This document shows positions 57,479 to 64,000 of a stretch of DNA of 64,000 nt, piece by piece. The translations under genes and the position numbers were made by a program. Origin of the DNA: an uncultured Acidobacteriota bacterium. GTDB taxonomy: Bacteria; Acidobacteriota; Terriglobia; Terriglobales; Acidobacteriaceae. The notes under the pieces were generated by a model. It worked only from the letters and a program-made list of their open reading frames with translations, ran no database searches and was not told where the DNA came from. How positions within the stretch are numbered: position 1 is the first letter of the stretch; each line of letters begins with the position of its first letter. The DNA lies in assembly GCA_963722725.1 (NCBI GenBank), contig CAVROB010000010.1, forward strand, positions 53,400 through 117,399, read 5' to 3'.

Positions 57479-59050
57479 ATGTTAGGCAGAAACATTATGA
57501 CGATTCAGCGACAATCGATGGGCCGATGCACTCGGCCTTGCGCAACTGCGTTGTGGTTAATGTTATTGGTGATGTTGTCGGGCTGCGCCGTTGGGCCTAA
57601 GTATCATCCACCTGCCCCGCAGCCGCCGGCGGCGGTTTACAAGGAATCACCCACCCAATTTAAGGAAAATGAAGGTTGGACGGTGGCGCAGCCTTCGGAC
57701 TCCATGCTGCGCGGCAAGTGGTGGGAGATCTTCAACGATCCTGAACTGAATGCCCTGGAAGAACAGCTGGATATTAACAATCAGAACATCAAGCAATTCT
57801 TTGAGAACTTCATGGAAGCTCGCGCCGTCGTGCGCGAGGCTCGTTCGCAGTATTTTCCAACCCTCGCGGTTGCGCCCTCGTTCACCCGTTCGCGAACCTC
57901 AGGGAACTTAAGCACCACTCCGGTCAATACGACTGGCAAGGGTACCGCCATACCACAACTGCAATTCACGACTTATTCGCTGCCCCTCGAAGCATCATGG
58001 GAGCCCGACCTTTGGGGCAAGGTCCGCAACACAGTACGACAATCCCAGTACGCCGCCCAAGTCAGCGCCGCAGATCTCGAGAACGAGCGTCTGACTGAAC
58101 AAGCAAGTCTGGCAGAGTTTTTCTTTGAGGTCCGCGGCCAGGACGAATTGCAAAAGATTTTCAACGATACCGTGGATGCGGACCAAAAAGCGCTCGACCT
58201 CACTCGCGCACTCTACGAAACTGGCATCGACGACCAGATCTCGGTGGTCGAAGCCGAGACCACGCTGCAGAGCGCGCAAGCTGGAGCAACCAACGTCGGC
58301 ATTGCGCGCGCTCAGTATGAGCACGCCATCGCCATGCTCGTAGGGAAGGCAGCCACAAATTTCTCTATCCCAGTAAGACCGATGACCGTTGCTCCCCCTC
58401 CGATTCCAATCGGCGTGCCCTCGGAACTGCTCGAGCGCAGGCCGGACATCGCCGCCGCGGAACGCACGATGGCGGAAGCCAATTCGTTGATCGGCATCGC
58501 ATATGCAGCTTATTATCCGACGCTGACTTTGAGTGCGGAAGGCGGCTTTGAGAGTTCCGTCTTCACAAAGTGGCTCTCGTGGCCAAGCCGCTTCTGGTCC
58601 GTAGGCACCACGCTCTCTGAAACCATCTTCGACGCCGGCCTCCGTCGCGCCACCGTCCAACAATACGTCGCGACCTACAACGCAGACCTCGCCGGATACC
58701 GTCAGACCGTGCTCACTGCATTCCAACAGGTGGAGGATTCTCTCGCCGAAGTGCGCATTTTATCCAAGGAGATCCAGCAGGAGCAGCAGGCGGTGAATTC
58801 AGCGCAAACTTTTCTCAAACTCGAACAGGGAAGATACGACACCGGCATCGATCCCTACATCGATGTCCTGATTGCGCAGACCACATTATTATCGAACCAG
58901 CAGACGTTGAATACTCTTCAGGTGGAACAGATGACCGCCGCGGTGGCGCTGGTCGAGGCTCTCGGCGGCGGCTGGGATCGTTCGCAATTGCCGACTCCGC
59001 AACAGGTAACGGAGAAGCCACCAAAAACGGATACGACCATCGAACACTAG
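57479..59050 (+). CDS. Outer-membrane efflux lipoprotein, NodT/OprM family
   Basis: Trimmed to MLGRNIM...LWLMLLVMLSGCAVGPKY (lipobox LSGC). Two TolC-like repeats. Confidence 0.9.
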   Translation: MLGRNIMTIQRQSMGRCTRPCATALWLMLLVMLSGCAVGPKYHPPAPQPPAAVYKESPTQFKENEGWTVAQPSDSMLRGKWWEIFNDPELNALEEQLDINNQNIKQFFENFMEARAVVREARSQYFPTLAVAPSFTRSRTSGNLSTTPVNTTGKGTAIPQLQFTTYSLPLEASWEPDLWGKVRNTVRQSQYAAQVSAADLENERLTEQASLAEFFFEVRGQDELQKIFNDTVDADQKALDLTRALYETGIDDQISVVEAETTLQSAQAGATNVGIARAQYEHAIAMLVGKAATNFSIPVRPMTVAPPPIPIGVPSELLERRPDIAAAERTMAEANSLIGIAYAAYYPTLTLSAEGGFESSVFTKWLSWPSRFWSVGTTLSETIFDAGLRRATVQQYVATYNADLAGYRQTVLTAFQQVEDSLAEVRILSKEIQQEQQAVNSAQTFLKLEQGRYDTGIDPYIDVLIAQTTLLSNQQTLNTLQVEQMTAAVALVEALGGGWDRSQLPTPQQVTEKPPKTDTTIEH

Positions 59051-59134
59051 TCTGGGCCATGCGGATTTTAATCCGACACGGCGAAGCCGAAGCCATCAAC
59101 CGTTCTCGCGCTCAGTCGCATCCCGCTCCGCATT

Positions 59135-59494
59135 TCACTGCACCACGATCTTGCCGGTCATTTTCGGATGCACCGAGCAGTAGTAAGGATATTCCCCCGC
59201 CTTGGTAAACGTGTAGGAGAATTTTTCATCCGTGTCTCGGACTTTGGATTTGAACACACCGTCAGTGCTGACAACCGTATGTGGAATATCGTCTCGGTTG
59301 GTCCAGGTGACTGTGGTTCCGACAGCTACAGTGAGTGTCTGCGGCCCGAAACTGAAATTATCGATTTTCACTTCTGCGTTTGCAGTTGATGGCTGGTCAC
59401 TTTTGGCCATGACGCTCGGCAAGCCCGCTAGCAGCAGAATCACACTTGCTAAGGCGGTCGCCGACCCTGCAACCCATATATTTTTCTTTCTCAT
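59135..59494 (-). CDS. Secreted type-1 copper (cupredoxin, plastocyanin/amicyanin-like) protein
   Basis: Trimmed to MRKKNIWVAGSATALASVILLLAG.... Copper ligand pattern H (DDIPHTVV) and C-x2-H-x2-M (YYCSVHPKMTG). Confidence 0.75.
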   Translation of the reverse strand: MRKKNIWVAGSATALASVILLLAGLPSVMAKSDQPSTANAEVKIDNFSFGPQTLTVAVGTTVTWTNRDDIPHTVVSTDGVFKSKVRDTDEKFSYTFTKAGEYPYYCSVHPKMTGKIVVQ

Positions 59495-59560
59495 TATTAC
59501 GCTCCTATAGATTGGACTTGCTTGTTTGATCTTCGCTGCTTGCACCGGATTTTTGGTGGC

Positions 59561-60613
59561 CTAGCCAAGGTTCGAGTCGACCACCGCCAGGGAATGCTGC
59601 CCCCGGACGTAGTTCACATCCGTAATTCCCAGCACAGTTCGCAACTGCTCTGCCGGCACTTTCATAGGTCCGGGAGAATCCGCCTTGCCCGGCTGTGGTT
59701 GCGGAAACGCTGTTGACATCGCGGTATGAAAGGTCACGTTTCCTTCGACCTTTTGCATGATCTGATGAATGTGTCCGTTGAGAACCGTGACCGAACCGAA
59801 CTTCTTCAAGTATGCGAGTGCCTGTGCACTATCCTCCGTGCCCCATCCCCACTCCGGATACACCGACCACAGCGGTATGTGCGCGAACACAACGATTGGC
59901 GTGCTGTGCTTCCGATGCTTGACATCTTTTTCGATCCATTCGAGTTGCTCGCCGCCAAGTGATCCCAGTCCGCCCGACTTCAGATTCATCACGTTGACCA
60001 GCCCGATGAAGTGCACGCCTTTGTGGTCGAAGCTGTACCATCCGGAGCCTTGAGCGCTCTTTCCATAACGTTCGAGGTACGACTTGCCGTTATCGTCGAG
60101 CACGTCATGTTCTCCGGGCACAAAGAATATGTCTTTCGCATTCGCACTCTTCACAATCTGGTCAACGTTGTCGAACTGTTCTGGTTTTGAGAGGTGGCTG
60201 ATGTCGCCCGTGTGCAGCAGGAACTCTGGCTGATCAGGTAAAGCATTGATCTTGTCGACCGCCGCCTGGAGCGTCGCGGCCACATCCTGATTGGCTGGCT
60301 TGTTGAATCCCATGTGGCTGTCGCTGATCTGCACGAAGCTGAAGTCCGCGCCTCTACCAGCGTCTTTGCCAATATTCTTGGCAAACGCCCGAGACACTGG
60401 AATGCCGCCACTCATCGTCCACACCAGTCCAGTGCCCGCCCACGCCATACACTTTAGAAATCCGCGACGGTCGACACCGTCATGATTGAGGTCTTGCAAC
60501 GGCTGGTCGATAAGATCTTGCCTCTTGCCTGTCATTGTGTGAGCTCCGTGGTTTGTAGCGTTCTGAGTTGATAACTGGCCGCGGTCTGTTTTATTCCCGT
60601 GTAAAGCGGACAC
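59561..60613 (-). CDS. Tat-exported calcineurin-like metallophosphoesterase
   Basis: 350 aa. Twin-arginine motif DRRGFLKCMAWAG. Phosphoesterase motifs ISDSHMG, TGDISH, GEHD, GHIH. Confidence 0.8.
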   Translation of the reverse strand: MSALHGNKTDRGQLSTQNATNHGAHTMTGKRQDLIDQPLQDLNHDGVDRRGFLKCMAWAGTGLVWTMSGGIPVSRAFAKNIGKDAGRGADFSFVQISDSHMGFNKPANQDVAATLQAAVDKINALPDQPEFLLHTGDISHLSKPEQFDNVDQIVKSANAKDIFFVPGEHDVLDDNGKSYLERYGKSAQGSGWYSFDHKGVHFIGLVNVMNLKSGGLGSLGGEQLEWIEKDVKHRKHSTPIVVFAHIPLWSVYPEWGWGTEDSAQALAYLKKFGSVTVLNGHIHQIMQKVEGNVTFHTAMSTAFPQPQPGKADSPGPMKVPAEQLRTVLGITDVNYVRGQHSLAVVDSNLG

Positions 60614-60752
60614 TCGCGCCCGCTACTAATTGCGGTTGATCGTGCTTTGGATTTGAAGGATCCACACGGCTCTGGTGGTGCGGGTGGGTTGAACGTCGAC
60701 GGCGAAGGCAGCGGACGAGGGTGTCCGCCCCACACCTTCAAAGAGTGAGCGT

Positions 60753-61202
60753 CTAACCGGATCCGTTTACGCCGCTCAGGAAGCCGCCCAAATGCCCTGT
60801 CAAAGCCACGACGCCGACACCCAGACATTCAATCGCCAAGCAGTAACTCGGCAACGTTTGTGCCCGCCGCCCCGAACGAAAATGCAGATACCAAACCAGC
60901 CAGATCATGGCAGTCGAGAGGCAGGCGAATATCAGATGCAGCAGGAGGACACCGTTGAGTTTCTGCCCTTCGAGTTGGAACTGCCAAGCGACAACACCCG
61001 TCGCAAGAACGGGGAGTGTTGAAATGGCGGCCACCAGCAGATTGTAATATGCCGCGTCCGCGAGGCTGCGGAGCTTCATCAATTGCGCGACGAGATCAAA
61101 GCCCACTGCTGAAATGAATAGCGCGATAGGAAAATGAACCAACACGACATGTTGCGCATGCTTCGCTAGAAGTACGGTCTTGAGATCAAAAGGATTCGCC
61201 AT
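60753..61202 (-). CDS. DUF2231-like integral membrane protein
   Basis: 149 aa. Four predicted TM helices. N-terminal HVVLVHFPIALFISAVGFD signature. Confidence 0.6.
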   Translation of the reverse strand: MANPFDLKTVLLAKHAQHVVLVHFPIALFISAVGFDLVAQLMKLRSLADAAYYNLLVAAISTLPVLATGVVAWQFQLEGQKLNGVLLLHLIFACLSTAMIWLVWYLHFRSGRRAQTLPSYCLAIECLGVGVVALTGHLGGFLSGVNGSG

Positions 61203-61449
61203 AAAGATGGTTTCGTTTCAGGCTCATCGTTGAGAACTCGGCGGACCTTGCTTTATTCCCTTAGGAGAAGTGCGATGTGCAGAAAAAGTGTGGGGTGTTT
61301 CGGATTGCGCCGCTGTCAGCGTTTCGGACAGCGTGAGGCAACTCCGAACCTCGAATTATCGGGCCTCGTTGCGAGTGGAGGGCAAGAGGCAACTATAAAG
61401 GATGCAAGACGCGGACCCAGTCCAAACGCATTTTATCAGGCTGCTGCCG

Positions 61450-61941
61450 TCACTGGACCAGTGCCTCAATTGCCAACCCATGAAATCCGTCGGTGTCTAA
61501 CACTTTGCCTCTGACTACGATCCCAGGAACACCTATCCGGTCGAGAACGTTGTCCGGAAGCCGTACTCCGTTCTGTACGCCGAGGACGAGATAGATTTGT
61601 CTGCCTTGGTCAGGAATAAAGAGCAGCGGACTACCCGCCGCTGCACAGAGCTTCGCACAGAAGGCATGATCATAGGCATGCGTGTGACTGCCCAGATAAC
61701 AATTTGCGTCGGTGACTTCTCCTCGAAGGCTCGCGGATTGTCCAGGCATGGTTTGCTCGGCCAGCAGATCAACATTACCCTGCTTAGCCATTTTGCGTGC
61801 TTTTGCCAGATCGGAGACCAAGGGCTGCACCTGCGCGAATGCCATATTATTCAGCCCATACCGATCTCCGAATTGGAAAGCACACAGTCCTAGTGCCGCG
61901 ACTAAACTGAGTACCAGCTTATTTTGATCCACTCTTGGTAC
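61450..61941 (-). CDS. Hypothetical secreted Cys/His-rich protein
   Basis: Hydrophobic LVLSLVAALGLCAF, then ...CYLGSHTHAYDHAFCAKLCAAAG.... The start is uncertain. The track ORF (to 62031) overlaps the upstream gene by 113 nt, so I placed a shorter start near 61941. Confidence 0.4.
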   Translation of the reverse strand, partial: VPRVDQNKLVLSLVAALGLCAFQFGDRYGLNNMAFAQVQPLVSDLAKARKMAKQGNVDLLAEQTMPGQSASLRGEVTDANCYLGSHTHAYDHAFCAKLCAAAGSPLLFIPDQGRQIYLVLGVQNGVRLPDNVLDRIGVPGIVVRGKVLDTDGFHGLAIEALVQ

Positions 61942-63682
61942 CTTGGCTTGCTTGGCTTGGATGGTGAACACCCTGCTGACTTTCGGTGCTGGTGTAACTG
62001 ACGCGCCAGATAGAATTCGAACCGTCGTCACTGACTAACAGCGACCCGTCCTGAGCCACCGTAATGCCGACGGGCCTTCCCCAGACATGCCCGTTGTCAA
62101 ACACAAATCCGGTCAGGAAATCCTCGTACTCGCCAGTAGCCCGACTTGTTTGGTGTAACGGCACGCGGATGACTTCATATCCGGCGCGTACGGATCGGTT
62201 CCATGAACCATGCTCAGAAGCGAAAATGTCACCTCGATATTCACCCGGGAACTGCGCGCCTTCGTAAAACGTCATTTCGAGTGAAGCGTTGTGTGGCTGT
62301 AACAGCACGTCAGGAACCAGCGCCTTATCTCTCAACTCCGGATGTTTGCCTTCGTGGCGCGGATCCTGATGGCCGCCGATGTACCACCAGGGCCAGCCAT
62401 AGAAGCCGCCTTCGGTGACATGCGTGATGTAGTCTGGCACAAGATTGTCTCCCAACCCGTCGCGTTCGTTAACCGAACACCATAACTCGCCGGTCTTGGG
62501 ATTGATCGCCAGCCCTCCTCCGGCATTCCGGATCCCGTACGCGTATACGCGCATCTCGGAGCCATCAGGATTGAACTCCAGAATGTCGGCTCGATTTTTT
62601 TCATCTGGGGTCGTGTCGGGGTCATCGACATTCGACGCCGATCCGACTGAGACGAACATCTTCCTGCCGTCGGCCGTGAACTGAACGTCGCGGGTCCAAT
62701 GCCCTTCGCCGTGCGGCAGGTCTACAATGTGCTGCGCGGGCCCGCTCGCTTTCAAGGCGCCATTTTGGTATGCAAACCGCACGACTGCATCGGTGTCGCC
62801 CACGTACACCCACTGAGGATTGTTGCCCGGCGGATAGAAGGCAATTCCGTAAGGCTCCTTGAGTCCGACCGCGAAAACGCCGGCCTGCTCTGGTTTGCCA
62901 TCGCTGGTAATTCCCCGGAACACTCGGATTTTGCCGCTGCTGCTTTCTGCCAGGAAGATATCGCCATTGGGAGCGGTCCGTATCAATCGGGGATTATCCA
63001 GTCCGGTCGCGAATTGCTGCACGCTGAATCCGGTGGGAGCTTTCGGCCACGCACCGCGCGGACGAGCGATTACTTCCGGTCCATTGGCCGCCGAATCGGT
63101 AGCGTAGGGCGCGGGAAGATTTTGCGCTGTGATCTTGCGGATGTTTCCGGGCTCTTCGAAACGGAAATCCGTGAATGGAGCCTGCGGCGACCGAGCATTC
63201 GTCCTAACCGGTTCTAGGTTGGCAGATGCGGGTTGGGTCGTTTGGGCGCTTGCGGAGTTCTTGAGGGACTTTAGATAAGTAACAATCTGCCATCGCTCCG
63301 ACTCGGGGAGAGTAGCCCAAGACGGCATACCGTTATTGAGCGAGCCGGTCGTGATAAACCAGAAGACCTCTCCGTCGGGTGCTAATTCCGTCGCGCCTCG
63401 GGATAGAGCAGGAATGTTTCCGGTGCCGCGTCCATTGATTCCGTGGCACGATCCGCAGTTCGTCGCGTACAGTTTTGCGCCTGCCGCGACGGCTGCCGTC
63501 TGCCCCGCATACGGATTCTTTTGCTGACTACTGGACGTGGGCGCGTTATGAAAGTGTGCGTCTTGGGCGGCAAGCATTAAGACGGAAAAAATCCACAAAG
63601 CAGAACATACTGTCACAGCAAGAAAATAGGAACGGGCTCCAACTCTCACGACTCGCCTCCCTTGATCTTTGACTTCGCTCAA
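61919..63682 (-). CDS. Membrane-anchored cytochrome c fused to a sorbosone/soluble-glucose-dehydrogenase-like (PQQ-type) beta-propeller
   Basis: 587 aa. TM anchor. CGSCHG heme-binding motif with a distal ...NGMPSW. Then GFSVQQFATGLDNPRLIRTAPNGDIFLAES... and a propeller to the C-terminus. Confidence 0.75.
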   Translation of the reverse strand: MSEVKDQGRRVVRVGARSYFLAVTVCSALWIFSVLMLAAQDAHFHNAPTSSSQQKNPYAGQTAAVAAGAKLYATNCGSCHGINGRGTGNIPALSRGATELAPDGEVFWFITTGSLNNGMPSWATLPESERWQIVTYLKSLKNSASAQTTQPASANLEPVRTNARSPQAPFTDFRFEEPGNIRKITAQNLPAPYATDSAANGPEVIARPRGAWPKAPTGFSVQQFATGLDNPRLIRTAPNGDIFLAESSSGKIRVFRGITSDGKPEQAGVFAVGLKEPYGIAFYPPGNNPQWVYVGDTDAVVRFAYQNGALKASGPAQHIVDLPHGEGHWTRDVQFTADGRKMFVSVGSASNVDDPDTTPDEKNRADILEFNPDGSEMRVYAYGIRNAGGGLAINPKTGELWCSVNERDGLGDNLVPDYITHVTEGGFYGWPWWYIGGHQDPRHEGKHPELRDKALVPDVLLQPHNASLEMTFYEGAQFPGEYRGDIFASEHGSWNRSVRAGYEVIRVPLHQTSRATGEYEDFLTGFVFDNGHVWGRPVGITVAQDGSLLVSDDGSNSIWRVSYTSTESQQGVHHPSQASQGTKSGSK

Positions 63683-63892
63683 TTCCGCAATCAGATCGAT
63701 ACGCGTTTTGGATGAAGTTCAGGTTTCTTGCGCTGCACATTGTTGGACCGGCTTGCAATGTACTCGGTCAATGCTGATCGGAAGTAAATTCCGCTCCAAC
63801 CCCAGACATCGGATTCCCTCATCGAAGCATGCCGGAAAATGTCCTTAAAAACTCGTAGAAGCCAACAAGGCGGGGACGGAATCTAATGCAGC

Positions 63893-64000
63893 ATGCGAGT
63901 GCGAAGACGCTTAATCGGTTTCATCGTAATTATTCAGTCCGTTCTTTTCTTGACGCATTTTGTGCTGTACAAGACGTGGACATTTTCGCCTTCAGGAGGC
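63893..64000 (+). CDS. N-terminal fragment of a membrane protein (possibly a membrane-anchored metallophosphoesterase); continues beyond the window
   Basis: ATG at 63893 gives MRVRRRLIGFIVIIQSVLFLTHFVLYKTWTFSPSGG..., open to the window end. The family guess rests on the N-terminal pattern only. Confidence 0.3.
   Translation, partial: MRVRRRLIGFIVIIQSVLFLTHFVLYKTWTFSPSGG

Noticed and set aside
57995-58726. 243-aa minus-strand ORF
   Set aside because: It is antisense to the NodT-family lipoprotein gene.
60640-60750. G-rich imperfect dyad (TTTGAAGG...CCTTCAAA with GGTG/CACC-rich interior) between DUF2231 and the metallophosphoesterase
   Set aside because: Only the 8-nt outer arms pair cleanly. 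The interior similarity to repeat family B is too weak to call.

Overview
This is a GC-rich chromosomal segment; I judged GC by eye and did not compute it. The gene content points to Acidobacteriota. It includes a VWA protein of the Acidobacteria-expanded type, a CarboxypepD_reg-fused TonB-dependent-like barrel, a giant Asp-box (BNR)/sortilin-like exoprotein and a BlaI/M56 pair. About 48 protein-coding genes can be supported.

The housekeeping core is rho, comM/yifB, rsmE, hrcA-grpE-dnaJ, tmk-holB, mrp/apbC, a thiolase and an acyl-CoA dehydrogenase. Envelope and accessory functions are interspersed with it:
- an HtrA protease downstream of a BlaI/BlaR1-like pair
- a four-gene MdtABC-type RND efflux operon with a NodT lipoprotein
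- a DUF5666 / TonB-dependent-like / VWA operon
- a five-gene same-strand periplasmic redox-looking cluster (cytochrome c-fused sorbosone-dehydrogenase-like propeller, Cys/His protein, DUF2231, Tat metallophosphoesterase, cupredoxin)

I found no rRNA, tRNA, CRISPR array, transposase, integrase or prophage block.

The observations most worth follow-up are:
1. An identical 17-nt palindrome-containing site lies upstream of both the blaI-like operon and htrA. This suggests a BlaI/M56-controlled envelope-protease circuit whose sensor lacks a penicillin-binding domain.
2. A promoter- and terminator-bracketed 15-codon polybasic micro-ORF.
3. A roughly 70-residue Ser/Thr/Gly-rich insertion in one of the two tandem RND permeases.
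4. Two single-nucleotide frame disruptions in large exoprotein genes.
5. dnaJ can only encode a complete J-domain from an AUU or CUG start.
6. A consensus sigma70 promoter for hrcA is followed by a leader with no CIRCE.
7. Two families of short intergenic palindromic repeats.

All functional calls rest on motif recognition by eye. No database search was run.
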